From Acidobacteriota bacterium (GTDB lineage Bacteria; Acidobacteriota; UBA6911; RPQK01; CBDAPI01): a stretch of 64,000 bases of DNA. Every line of letters begins with the position of its first letter. Within the stretch, counting starts at the first letter, position 1. This document shows, piece by piece, positions 17,016 through 26,532 of the stretch. Location of the stretch: positions 253 to 64,252 of the forward strand of contig CBDBGQ010000024.1 in assembly GCA_965205345.1 (NCBI GenBank), read 5' to 3'. The translations under genes were made by a program, and so were the position numbers. The notes beneath the pieces were generated by a model that saw only the letters and a program-made list of their open reading frames with translations, searched no databases and was not told the origin of the DNA.

Positions 17016-18323
17016 TCAGCTCGCCGTTTCCCCAGCGGTGGGCTCACGCCTCACCGTTGTGTTCGTCCCCAGGAACACAAAACCAGTAACCCGGTAACGG
17101 TTAGATGTAAGATAAAATAGACCCTCATTTGACCGGATTCTCTTCTTGCTACTGGCATTGATGGAAAACCGCTGAGAGTGAATCGTGGACAGCTGCCGAT
17201 CCCGTTCGAAATGGACGTCTAGTCGCTCAGTGCCCAGACTCCATTCAGCGATCACGAAATAGCTGACGTAGCTGGGATCGAGCTCCAGGGATTCATTGAG
17301 CACCGAGATAGTGGATCGGCCGCGGTCATCTTCTCGGACCTGCCTCAGGAAATAAACTCGCGGCCGAAATGATTCACACGACTGCCGGCACTTCGGTTTC
17401 TGGTAGCCAGTGTAATGGAGAGTGGACTGGTTGAACCATTGCAGCTGCTGATCGACTGACTTGAGGCTGTCAAAATGACGGGCCCGCCAAAACTTTCGGG
17501 CAAACACCGAGTTGTTGCCCTCGATGGAAGCCTGAGAGAAGGGCTTTCTGGGGACCGAGTAGATGGGAACGACCTGGTGTTGGAGAAGAAAATGCATAAC
17601 CCGGCTGATGTTTCGTCGCCCCGAAGTGCTCCCAATCGTGGCAGCACAGCTATCGATTTTCATAAAGGATGGCTTTTCGAAGCGTTCAAAAAAACGGCTC
17701 GTCTCGTCGATAAACGCCTTTGCCGTCTGCCCTTTCACCCGCTGGTAGTAGCGAAGCCTGGGGGCCTGCTTGAAGCTAAAGCCTATGAAATGCAGAGGTT
17801 CACTGCGGCCGGCCAGATACTTCTGGCCCACAAAGTCAGCCTCCACTACCCGGCCACCCAGGCTCTGGTAAATCGTGTGTTCCGGGTAGCACAGATAGGC
17901 GGCTGCTCCACGATGGTCTCTTTTCTTGGGCGACTTCGTGAGCCCCAGATCCGACATCATCTGCCCTATCGTCCTCAGCGGTGGAGACGGCTCTTGAGGC
18001 CACCGCCGCCGCCACTCAAGCTCAATGGCCGAAGCTCCTGTGTAAAACTCAGTCGGCTCCTGACTCAGATAGCGATGAATTGCAGCAACCTGCTTTTCTG
18101 TCTGCGAGCTCCAGCGTCGCCGCTTGCCCTTGGGCCAGCCACGCCCGTCTCGTTTCACGTCCTCTCCCTTAGATTGTGTCCACCGGATCACGGTGTGCTT
18201 ACTCATCCTTAAATGGCTTGCAATCCGTTTCTTGGACCATCTTCTGTCAAAGTACAGTTGCTGTACCTGGCGCCGTCGACGTATCGCTTTTTTTTCGAGA
18301 TCATCGCCTCTACAATGCCTCAT
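17016..18323 (-). CDS. HTH + integrase-core-like (DDE) transposase
   Basis: N-terminal HTH (SKKRIASHLRMSKHTVIRW); candidate D (EADF), D (KIDS), E (QASIEG); ORF runs past the IR. Confidence 0.65.
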   Translation of the reverse strand: MRHCRGDDLEKKAIRRRRQVQQLYFDRRWSKKRIASHLRMSKHTVIRWTQSKGEDVKRDGRGWPKGKRRRWSSQTEKQVAAIHRYLSQEPTEFYTGASAIELEWRRRWPQEPSPPLRTIGQMMSDLGLTKSPKKRDHRGAAAYLCYPEHTIYQSLGGRVVEADFVGQKYLAGRSEPLHFIGFSFKQAPRLRYYQRVKGQTAKAFIDETSRFFERFEKPSFMKIDSCAATIGSTSGRRNISRVMHFLLQHQVVPIYSVPRKPFSQASIEGNNSVFARKFWRARHFDSLKSVDQQLQWFNQSTLHYTGYQKPKCRQSCESFRPRVYFLRQVREDDRGRSTISVLNESLELDPSYVSYFVIAEWSLGTERLDVHFERDRQLSTIHSQRFSINASSKKRIRSNEGLFYLTSNRYRVTGFVFLGTNTTVRREPTAGETAS

Positions 18324-18374
18324 TCGACCCCCCTATTGGGGGGGTGCTATTTCATTTTGCCTATAACCGTTACC
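17093..18374 (-). mobile_element. Putative IS481-like / unclassified IS
   Basis: Imperfect terminal IRs GGTAACGGTTAgAtGtAAgATaAAATAG (17093) vs GGTAACGGTTAtAgGcAAaATgAAATAG (reverse complement ending 18374) enclosing one transposase ORF. Confidence 0.7.
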
Positions 18375-18943
18375 CCGTTATCTACGTATTCCAGGTACCA
18401 CCATCCGGACGGGGATTTGGAAGTGATTCCTCCGTTCTCCACCGACCTTGCAAATGAGCGTACCAGACGCCGGGCTGTATCCCTGTAACTGGCTTTTCCC
18501 GAGTGCTCTGAGACCCGGTCCAGAAGCTGCCACCCCCGGCTGTTGGCCAGGCCCGATCTCCAGGGAGGCTCCATTCCATAGTTCGGCCACGGAAAGTGGT
18601 ACTGGAGATTGGCGAAATCATCCACAAGCTTCGCGTTCGCGACCAGCCAGTCGGCACATGCCTGCGACCGTTTGCACGTCTCTGGGTTCCCGTCCAGACA
18701 TTGCCGGTGGTAACGAAGCCCCTGGCCGGCAATGAACAGAGGGTTTCGTTGCTTCCCCATGTTGAGACCGGCAACCTCGCCGTAGTCGAAAACTGGAATG
18801 CCCTCCTCGTCAATCGTGATCCGGGACCGGGTCCCCAGGGCAAGCAGCCGCCTTACCAGCGGCCTTGCCAGATCTCGCGTGAGCTCACTCACCGGCAGGG
18901 TGAGCAGCAGGGCGAGAGAAGTTGGAAGCAGGAAAGTCTTCAT
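18375..18943 (-). pseudogene. D-glucuronyl C5-epimerase C-terminal-domain-like protein, truncated by IS
   Basis: NPLFIAGQGL, ADWLV, YHFPWP..PPWRSGLA, ENGG..WYLEY motifs; stops at the IS IR. Confidence 0.65.
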
Positions 18944-19046
18944 GACCAGGGGTAAAAGCTCCCCAAGATTGTAAGCAGGAAAATGCAGCCCGTCCACCTG
19001 GAACGCTATCATCGTAGAGGAGCGTCACAGAAATCGTTCCAGGGTC

Positions 19047-20150
19047 TTGAAGATGAAAGAGCTTTCCGAACAGGGCCAGCGGCAGGAATTGCCCGTGGAA
19101 GTGCGTGATCGACTGAACATCCTGTTTGTGCAGGATCAGCCCTGCATTCGAAACTACAAGGAGGCCTGCGCCTTGAAGAAGCTCGGACATTCTGTCGCTC
19201 TCGCCTACAGCAGGGGACGGCTGAGTGAGCGCTATGCGCTTCCGGATTCCACCTACAGTGGCTGTTACAAACTGGATACTCCGTCAGATCTGCAGCAGTT
19301 GTCCCGTCGATTCGATGTGGTCCACTGTCATAACGAGCCCGACCTGTGGACCACGATCGCCCTCTCCTTCGATACGCCCGTGATTCATGATACACACGAT
19401 CTACTCACACTGAGGGAGCCCAATGACCCGGGAGTTCGCTTTCTGGAATCTGTGGCCAATCGAGGAGCCGCCGGTCGCATCTACGTGTCGGAGTTTCTGC
19501 TCCAGATCGCCCGAAGTGAGTACCAGGTGGAGGCGAAAACATCGATCGTTCTGCCCAACTATGTGACGAAAGGTCAGCTCCCCCGCAGTCTCCTCCGGAA
19601 GCTTTCTGCCGGGGACGGTCAGGTTCATGTGGTTTACGCGGGCGGCGTGGTCGATCGGACCGATTCCCACCGCTTTCTCCTGGAGCCATTCCAGCAGATC
19701 ACGGATTCCGGGTTGAATCTTCACCTGTATCCCCCCAATCGAGTGGAACGCTACGAGCAGATGGGAGAGAAGAACTCGCGCTTTTTCTGTCATCGGACCG
19801 TATCCCCCGAGACCCTGCTCACCGAGCTCTGCCGCTATGACTTCGGGCTGATCGTTTTCAATCAGATTCCCGAGAAGATGAGACATCTGGACTCGGCACT
19901 ACCCAATAAGCTCTTCGAGTACCTGGCGGCGGGTCTTCCCGTGATTGGGCCAGAAAATCAGGGCCTTAGCCGGTTCATCAACGAGACCGGCTGCGGTGTG
20001 GTCTACTCGAGGCCTGAAGAGATCGCCTCGAAACTATCCGGTTATCGACAGAGGCGTGATGTGAGAGACCTTTGTCCCACGATGGAGGAAGTGATTCCTC
20101 TCCTGGGTAGACTGTACGCCGACGTGATTGCAGGAAATCGAAAACGCTGA
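19047..20150 (+). CDS. Glycosyltransferase (GT4-like)
   Basis: DVVHCHNEPD, IHDTHD, ALPNKLFEYLAAGLPVI motifs. Confidence 0.85.
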   Translation: MKMKELSEQGQRQELPVEVRDRLNILFVQDQPCIRNYKEACALKKLGHSVALAYSRGRLSERYALPDSTYSGCYKLDTPSDLQQLSRRFDVVHCHNEPDLWTTIALSFDTPVIHDTHDLLTLREPNDPGVRFLESVANRGAAGRIYVSEFLLQIARSEYQVEAKTSIVLPNYVTKGQLPRSLLRKLSAGDGQVHVVYAGGVVDRTDSHRFLLEPFQQITDSGLNLHLYPPNRVERYEQMGEKNSRFFCHRTVSPETLLTELCRYDFGLIVFNQIPEKMRHLDSALPNKLFEYLAAGLPVIGPENQGLSRFINETGCGVVYSRPEEIASKLSGYRQRRDVRDLCPTMEEVIPLLGRLYADVIAGNRKR

Positions 20151-20210
20151 CTCTGGTGAAGGTTGAGGGTGGAAGGGTGAAGGTTCGATCGGGAAGGCTG
20201 GTGGTAAGCC

Positions 20211-21869
20211 TTGTTTTCTGCCTGCTGGTCTGTCCTGTTTTGGGCCATGGGCCTGTGTCGCCCGAGGACTCACAGCTTTACGCTCCCGGCAGAGGCGGAC
20301 CTCAACCATCCTCACTTGATGCTGACAGTGCTTGACCACGAGAGCGGTGAGCCAACAGCTGCCCGCTTCACGCTTCAAGTGGACGGAAGCGACTATGTCC
20401 CCGACCAGATCGGCAGCCATGGGATCCGCCTGGTGTCCATCCACACCCGCAAGCAGCAGTACTTTCCCGTCACCTATACGAAGGGAACCGGGGGTGTGTA
20501 CGTTCCGCTTTCCGAAGGCGCCAATGAAGTGACGGTTCAGGTTGGCAAAGGCTTCGAGTACGTTCCTGTCCGGAAATCCACTCGCCTCAAGGAGGGAAGA
20601 GCCGAGGTCACGGTCAGACTCAGGCGCTGGATCAACCTCGAAAAAGAAGGTTGGCAGGCCACCGACGAGCATGTGTACTTCGATCGGCTGGACGCCATTC
20701 GTGACCCCGACTGGCTGACTATGATGGAGGGAGATGGCCTGGGTGCCCTCCACGTCATGACCCTCGAGGGGGCCAATCTGCCCGACGTGTGGGCCCGGCA
20801 GTTTGCCTACGGTAGGGACGGGGAAGCTTTTGACGGCGTGAGGTTCATCCGTCCCGGCGAGGAGTTTCGAAATGCCGATCAGGGACATTACAACCTGCTG
20901 GGGATCTCCCGGCTGATCGAACCGATCAGCACGGGCCGCTTGCTGGGCGCCGAGGATCGGCACTGGCCGCCTTCATCGATGGTTCTGAACAAGGCCCGGG
21001 AACTCGGCGGTATCGGTGGGGTCGCGCATGGAGGGGCACTTGGAGCCAGGCACACGGCTATGCTGGACACGGTCCTTGGAAACGTGGACTTCATTGAGAT
21101 CTTCAACCCGGGCCGTTACAAGACCGATTTGTGGTACCGGATGCTAAACGCCGGCTACCTCCTCTCTCCGGCCGGAGGAACGGATCTGCCCAACTCTCCA
21201 CAGCGGGCCTGGTGGCAGCCCTTTCTGGGATCCGTGCGTTGTTACGTTCAGGTGGGAGAGAGCCGGAACTTTGAGAGTTGGAAGAAAGCATTTCGTGAGG
21301 GTCGGGTTTTTGTAACGACCGGTCCCGTGATTCGGCTGAGCGTCGATGGGCGCGAACCCGGTGGAACGATCCGGCTTCCGAGGAGCGGCGAGGTCGAGAT
21401 CGAAGCCGAGTTGATCTCCTTTCATCGGCCGAAACGGCTCATGGTTCTTTTCAACGGCAAGATCATTGAGTCATCAGAAGAAATCTTGAGGTCCGGGTCC
21501 GCTCAGCTCATTCGTGTTCGCCAGCGTCTCCGGATCGAAGAGAGCGGCTGGCTGGCAGCGCAGGGAGTGGCGGCTCCGGCGGAGCCGATTGACGAATTCA
21601 TAGTGCGCCAGCCCATGGTCTTAGAAGCCAAGGGAGCCGAGCCGGGACTTCTAGCTCACACGGGGGTGGTCAGAGTTCTGGTGGGAGAGCAACCGATCGG
21701 CCGGTCCAGCGATCTGGAAGCTCTGATCCATGACTTGGCCGATCTCAGAACCTATTATGAAGTCCACGCCAGGTACTCTTCACCGAAGGAGCGGCTACAG
21801 ACTCTGGAGCTTTTCGAGCAGGCAATGGGCCGACTTCGCCGTCGGCTGGAGAGAAAAGGAGAAGAATAG
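20211..21869 (+). CDS. CehA/McbA-like PHP-fold metallohydrolase (start uncertain)
   Basis: KGFEY, GEEFR..GH, AHG, WYRMLNAG, GGTD, GRVFVTTGP, AHT motifs; a signal-peptide-like stretch from GTG 20177 is in another frame (possible frameshift). Confidence 0.7.
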   Translation: MFSACWSVLFWAMGLCRPRTHSFTLPAEADLNHPHLMLTVLDHESGEPTAARFTLQVDGSDYVPDQIGSHGIRLVSIHTRKQQYFPVTYTKGTGGVYVPLSEGANEVTVQVGKGFEYVPVRKSTRLKEGRAEVTVRLRRWINLEKEGWQATDEHVYFDRLDAIRDPDWLTMMEGDGLGALHVMTLEGANLPDVWARQFAYGRDGEAFDGVRFIRPGEEFRNADQGHYNLLGISRLIEPISTGRLLGAEDRHWPPSSMVLNKARELGGIGGVAHGGALGARHTAMLDTVLGNVDFIEIFNPGRYKTDLWYRMLNAGYLLSPAGGTDLPNSPQRAWWQPFLGSVRCYVQVGESRNFESWKKAFREGRVFVTTGPVIRLSVDGREPGGTIRLPRSGEVEIEAELISFHRPKRLMVLFNGKIIESSEEILRSGSAQLIRVRQRLRIEESGWLAAQGVAAPAEPIDEFIVRQPMVLEAKGAEPGLLAHTGVVRVLVGEQPIGRSSDLEALIHDLADLRTYYEVHARYSSPKERLQTLELFEQAMGRLRRRLERKGEE

Positions 21870-23267
21870 TGTTCAAAATCAGATGGTTTCTCTGTGTCGG
21901 TCTGGGCGTCTTTCTGGCCCGTTGTGGATCGGGTGGTGAGACCCCTGCCCCGAAGACATCTCTTCCCAATATCGTCCTGATCTTTACCGATGACCAGGGA
22001 TATGGAGACCTGGGCAGCTACGGGCACCCGACTCTTCGGACTCCTCATCTGGATCGCCTGGCGCTGGAAGGCCAGCGCTGGACGAATTTTTACATGGCCG
22101 CATCGGTCTGCACCTCCGCCCGGGCCGGGCTGTTGACGGGCCGACTTCCTGTGCGCAGCGGCATGGCGAGCGACGAAAAACTGGTCATTTTCGAAGATTC
22201 AAAGGGGGGACTTCCCGCTGCGGAGATGACTCTGGCGGAGGGACTGAGGGAGCAGGGTTACGCAACGGCCTGTATCGGCAAGTGGCATCTGGGCCACCTT
22301 CCTGAGTACATGCCTCTGGAGCAGGGATTCGACTACTTTTACGGCGTGCCCTACCACAACACCGCCGATCGGGTCGTAGACCCCGCGTTGGGGAGATCGG
22401 TTTATTATGGGGAGCCCAAAGTGGAGTGGTGGAATCTGCCTCTCATGCGCGGTACGGAAGTCATTGAGCGGCCGGCCGACCAGCGGCTCCTGACCCAGCG
22501 CTACACGGCCGAGTCCATCCAGTTCATCCGGCAGAATCGCGATCGGCCCTTCTTCCTCTTTCTCTCCCACACCATGCCCCACGCTCCTCTGTTCCGCTCC
22601 GAAGAGTTCGTCGGAGTGAGTGAGCGGGGACGATACGGGGACGTGATCGAGGAACTGGACTGGAGTGTTGGAGAAATTGTCCGCACGCTTCGTGAGGAGG
22701 GTCTAGACACGAATACCCTGGTCATTTTCACCAGCGATAATGGGCCGGCCCGCGGGATCAGAGAGATTGGCGGGTCTGCCGGGCTGCTGCGCAACGGCAA
22801 GTTGAGCAGCTATGAAGGCGGGTTCCGTGTGCCCGCCATATTCTGGTGGTCCGGCCGGGTCCAGCCTGCAGTGGTGAGGGAAATGGGCTCGGCTCTGGAC
22901 CTTCTACCCACCCTCTTTTCGCTGGCCGGAGCCCCTGTCCCCACGGACCGTATCATCGAAGGGATGGACCTGGGCCCGGTGCTAATGGGAACGGGATCCA
23001 GCCCCCCGCGATCATTTGATTTACTATGACGGAGAGCGCGTCTTTGCTGCCCGCAAGGGACCCTACAAGGCTCATTTTCGGACCCGGGAAGAATACGGGG
23101 AGGCGGAAACCGAGCACGATCCTCCGGTTTTGTACCATCTGGGGTGGGATCCCTCCGAGCAGTTCGACATTGCGGAACAGCACCCGGAGGTCATCGAGGA
23201 GATTCGGGCACTCGTCGAAGCCCATCTTCGGACCCTCGAGCCGGTTGAGAATCAGTTGGAGAGATAG
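21869..23267 (+). CDS. Arylsulfatase A-like sulfatase (frameshift at C6 run 23002-23007)
   Basis: DDQGYGD, CTSARAGLLTGR, GKWHLG, SDNG motifs; C-terminus continues in ORF 23016-23267. Confidence 0.88.
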
Positions 23268-23320
23268 GTTCTGGGTTCTAGGTTCTGGAAACTCGGAACG
23301 TGGAACGTGGAACGTGGAAC
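23267..23320. repeat. Facing heptamer arrays (GGTTCTR)3 and (GGAACGT)3+
   Basis: Fill almost all of the gap between convergent sulfatase and rpsN stops. Confidence 0.88.
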
Positions 23321-23328
23321 CTTCCCGG

Positions 23329-23634
23329 TTACCAGGAGGACTTGGTGACCCCTGGCAACTCACCCCGGAGGGCGAACTCACGAAAGGCAATGCGGGAAAG
23401 CTGAAATTTTCGGTAGCAGCCCCGGCTCCGACCTGTCAGGGCACAGCGAGTCGACACACGAGTGCGGCTGGAATCACGAGGCATTCGCCTCATCGCCCTC
23501 TGAATCTGTTCTCTCTCCTGAGGCTTGAGACTCTGATCCAGAAGCATTTTTTTCAGCTTGCGGCGCTTGTTCTCGTACTTGGCGACCAGTCGCTTTCTTT
23601 TCAGGTTTCTGGCGATGATGCTTTGTTTCGCCAT
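23329..23634 (-). CDS. rpsN: 30S ribosomal protein S14, long Zn-ribbon-less form
   Basis: 101 aa; MAKQS, PRDSS..R...[29 protein letters not shown]. Confidence 0.95.
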   Translation of the reverse strand: MAKQSIIARNLKRKRLVAKYENKRRKLKKMLLDQSLKPQEREQIQRAMRRMPRDSSRTRVSTRCALTGRSRGCYRKFQLSRIAFREFALRGELPGVTKSSW

Positions 23635-23698
23635 CTTGACTCCGTTGCTGCTCTTCCTGGACCACCGTTCGGGCCGGCGGTTCCTGATTCCTGGTTTT

Positions 23699-23962
23699 TC
23701 AGCGGCTGCGCGGCCGGTGGCCAAAAAACTCGCCGGAGGTGGAATAAGGGAGAAGCGCCAAGTGGCGCGCCCTCTTGATTTCGCGGGTCAACCGGCGCTG
23801 GTAGTACGCACTGACTCCAGAGAGGCGGCGAGGAATGAGCTTGCCATTGTCTCCCAGGAACCTTTTCAAGAAGTCCGCATTCTTGTAGCTGAGAGACTCA
23901 GCAAGCCTTGGATCCGCTTTAAAAGGACAGTACTTTTTTCTTGTGAAACGTCTTCTGGCCAT
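23699..23962 (-). CDS. rpsR: 30S ribosomal protein S18
   Basis: [40 protein letters not shown]. Confidence 0.95.
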   Translation of the reverse strand: MARRRFTRKKYCPFKADPRLAESLSYKNADFLKRFLGDNGKLIPRRLSGVSAYYQRRLTREIKRARHLALLPYSTSGEFFGHRPRSR

Positions 23963-24166
23963 TCACTAAGCTCTTTGTTTCATCCTGAGTTGCCCTGCCG
24001 GGACACTCACCAGTTGCAAAAACGTTAATGATACTTAGAATGGGCCTCCGGAATCAAATCTTCAATTTCCAGTCTCTTTTGGGAACCACTCGCTGGAATC
24101 AGCGTATTGGGTCGTGAACAGGTCACGTTCCATTCTCAGATTTACAGTCGATATCTGGAGGAGTAG

Positions 24167-24757
24167 ATGAAACGAGCCATTCCAATTCTGATCCTGTGTC
24201 TCATTGCAGTTCCAGGTTTTTCTCAGATGGCGCCTCGCGATACAGCCATGACGTACGTCCATGGTAAAGCGGTTGCGATCGAGTACGGACGTCCCTCGTT
24301 GAAAGGGAGAAGCGTTTCCGACTTGATCAGCAAACTGGAGGGCGATCGAATCTGGCGCGCCGGGTCTGAACAGGTCACCACTTTGAACACCGAGACAGCC
24401 CTCAAAATGGGCGGGCAGAAGGTTCCGGCAGGTGAGTATTCAGTGTACCTTCATTGTCCTGAGGACGGACCCTTTTCACTGGTACTGAACAAGGTACTGG
24501 GGCAGCCCCTGGGCGAGATCTGGGAGGCAGCTCCGGAGAATCTGGCCAATGCGCCCTGGCCGCATATGAACTATTCAGATATCAGCGACAGCGAGGTAGC
24601 CCGAATCCCTCTTCACAAGACGTCCTCCTCGGAAGCGGTGGACCTTCTCACTTTTGCCTTCGAGCAAGAAGGTAAGAATGCTGTCTTGAAGGTTGCCTGG
24701 GGTGATCATCTCTGGACGGCTGACGTGGCGGCCGGCAAGATGGAAGGCTCTCACTAA
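24167..24757 (+). CDS. DUF2911-like secreted protein
   Basis: Signal peptide; IEYGRPSLKGR, IWRAG, VPAGEYS motifs; GGAGG RBS. Confidence 0.8.
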   Translation: MKRAIPILILCLIAVPGFSQMAPRDTAMTYVHGKAVAIEYGRPSLKGRSVSDLISKLEGDRIWRAGSEQVTTLNTETALKMGGQKVPAGEYSVYLHCPEDGPFSLVLNKVLGQPLGEIWEAAPENLANAPWPHMNYSDISDSEVARIPLHKTSSSEAVDLLTFAFEQEGKNAVLKVAWGDHLWTADVAAGKMEGSH

Positions 24758-24806
24758 GAGAGTACTGAAAACGGAGAGAATCAACGGAGGGGAGCCGACA
24801 CACGAA

Positions 24807-25148
24807 TCAGTCTCCCCTCTCTGATTCCCGTCTGCGTTTGTCGTCAATCTTCGACATTTTCTGCTCGACCTCTGCCGCCAGGTCAATTTCTCTGGCGTTC
24901 GCATAGTTGAGCAGCGCGATGGTGGCGTCCGCTGCCTCTTCCGCCAAATCGCCGTGCGCGACCTCCACGTTCTTCCACTCTTTCTTTTCCAGGTTCGCAA
25001 TCTCTCCCACTTCTCCACACAGCTCCAGGGAGAAAAATCTGGCCGGCCTGAACGGAAAAGCCCGCTCCTGGTACTCCTTGAATTGCTGCTGGAGCTTCTT
25101 CAAGCCGCTGTAGTCAGTGGGGAGACGAGCCGAAGATTGATCTTTCAC
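24807..25148 (-). CDS. MazG-like all-alpha nucleotide pyrophosphohydrolase
   Basis: LCGEVGEIAN..KK, LAEEAAD, IDL..EVEQKM motifs. Confidence 0.82.
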   Translation of the reverse strand: MKDQSSARLPTDYSGLKKLQQQFKEYQERAFPFRPARFFSLELCGEVGEIANLEKKEWKNVEVAHGDLAEEAADATIALLNYANAREIDLAAEVEQKMSKIDDKRRRESERGD

Positions 25149-25197
25149 GTAAGGGGTTCCTCGAACAAGAACTCTCGGAGAAAGGAGTGAAGGGACG

Positions 25198-25440
25198 CTA
25201 CCTGGTCACTTCCCTGAGAGTCAATCCTTCGTCTTTCAGGAACTGCAGAAGCCCTTTCCTGGTCACGGTTCGCAGCGCGCGGACTGAGAGTTTCACCCGA
25301 ACCCATCGATCCAGTTCCGGGATGTAGAGCCGCTTCTTTTGTATATTGGGCAACTGGCGGCGGCGTGTCTTCTTGTGAGAGTGGGAAACTCGGTTCCCGC
25401 TCAGCGGTCCTTTGCCAGTCAGTCGACATCTCTTGGCCAT
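25198..25440 (-). CDS. rpmB: 50S ribosomal protein L28
   Basis: MAKRCRLTGKGPLSGNRVSHSHKKTRRRQLPNIQ; GGAGG RBS. Confidence 0.95.
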   Translation of the reverse strand: MAKRCRLTGKGPLSGNRVSHSHKKTRRRQLPNIQKKRLYIPELDRWVRVKLSVRALRTVTRKGLLQFLKDEGLTLREVTR

Positions 25441-25589
25441 AATGCCTCCAGGGTCTCTTCGTTCAGTCGTGGTTTCGGCTACACGCCGTTCGCCACAAGA
25501 GTGTAAACTTATAATTCTAAACAAGTCCCTGGTTCGGGCTCAACCTAGTGACGCGAATCGACAAAACTCCGGGGGACTCCAATCTTCTC

Positions 25590-26393
25590 ATGACACCAGC
25601 CAACAGGCAGTTGCCCCGCCAGAAACGCCGCTTCCTGCTCATCGCTCTGGCGATTCTCGCTTCGGTTCTGATCGTATGGGCAGCGCAGTCTTCGCCGCCT
25701 GTCGAAACTCTTGAACCCGAGGTTCTGGCAGAGTACCCGCACGACACTTCCGCCTACACGCAAGGACTCCTGTGGAGCGAGGGGATCCTGTATGAAAGCA
25801 CCGGAAAGTACGGGAGGTCTGCCCTCAGGAAGGTGGACCTTGAAAGCGGCCGTGTCCTGCAGAGCCACCCTCTCGGCGACAGCTACTTTGGAGAGGGTCT
25901 GGAACGTGTCGGTGACCGGCTGATTCAGCTCACCTGGAATGAGAAGGTGGCCTTTGTCTACGATCTGGAGACATTCCAGCCGCTGGACACTCTTTCCTAT
26001 CGTGGAGAAGGCTGGGGCCTTTGCTTTGACGGTGAGCGGTTGTTCATGAGCAATGGCTCGGACACGCTTCTGGTTCGGGAACCACAGCAGTTTCTTGTGG
26101 TGGACAGAAAGAGGGTCACACTGGAGGGAAGGTCCGTTTCCAATCTCAACGAACTCGAGTGTGTTGACGGCTCCGTGTGGGCTAATATCTGGAACAGCGA
26201 CCGGATCGTCAGAATTGATCCCGCGGATGGCCGGGTGACCGCGGTTGTCGATGCTTCCAATTTGTATCCAACTCGAGACGGCTCCGGAGAAGATGTCCTC
26301 AACGGAATTGCCTACGTCCCGGAACGCCGGGCCTTTCTGCTAACCGGCAAGAACTGGCCCAGAATCTTCGAAGTGCGATTCGTCCCGGAGTAG
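25590..26393 (+). CDS. Glutaminyl-peptide cyclotransferase (bacterial/plant-type)
   Basis: YPHD..AYTQGL, LYESTG, FGEGL, QLTW, EGWGL, LNELE, VLNGIA, TGKNWP motifs. Confidence 0.92.
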   Translation: MTPANRQLPRQKRRFLLIALAILASVLIVWAAQSSPPVETLEPEVLAEYPHDTSAYTQGLLWSEGILYESTGKYGRSALRKVDLESGRVLQSHPLGDSYFGEGLERVGDRLIQLTWNEKVAFVYDLETFQPLDTLSYRGEGWGLCFDGERLFMSNGSDTLLVREPQQFLVVDRKRVTLEGRSVSNLNELECVDGSVWANIWNSDRIVRIDPADGRVTAVVDASNLYPTRDGSGEDVLNGIAYVPERRAFLLTGKNWPRIFEVRFVPE

Positions 26394-26397
26394 GACA

Positions 26398-26532
26398 TTT
26401 CACGTTCCGCGTTCCACGTTCCACGTTGGGAATCTTGGAATCGCGAGAGTGGGAGGGGCCTCAGATGGGCGTGCCCTACGGAATCCAAGTCATCGTTGCC
26501 AGCCTGCCGGGTGGAACCCAGAACCCAGAACC
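26398..26532. repeat. Facing heptamer arrays (TTCCACG-type x4; GAACCCA x2.7) enclosing a GTGG-footed REP-like sequence
   Basis: Arrays at 26398-26425 and 26514-26532; GTGGGAGGGGCCTCAG at 26449-26464 is the exact reverse complement of 36689-36704. Confidence 0.85.

Noticed and set aside
23963-24166. Zur box upstream of rpsR
   Set aside because: An AT-rich stretch is present but no clear palindrome could be identified.
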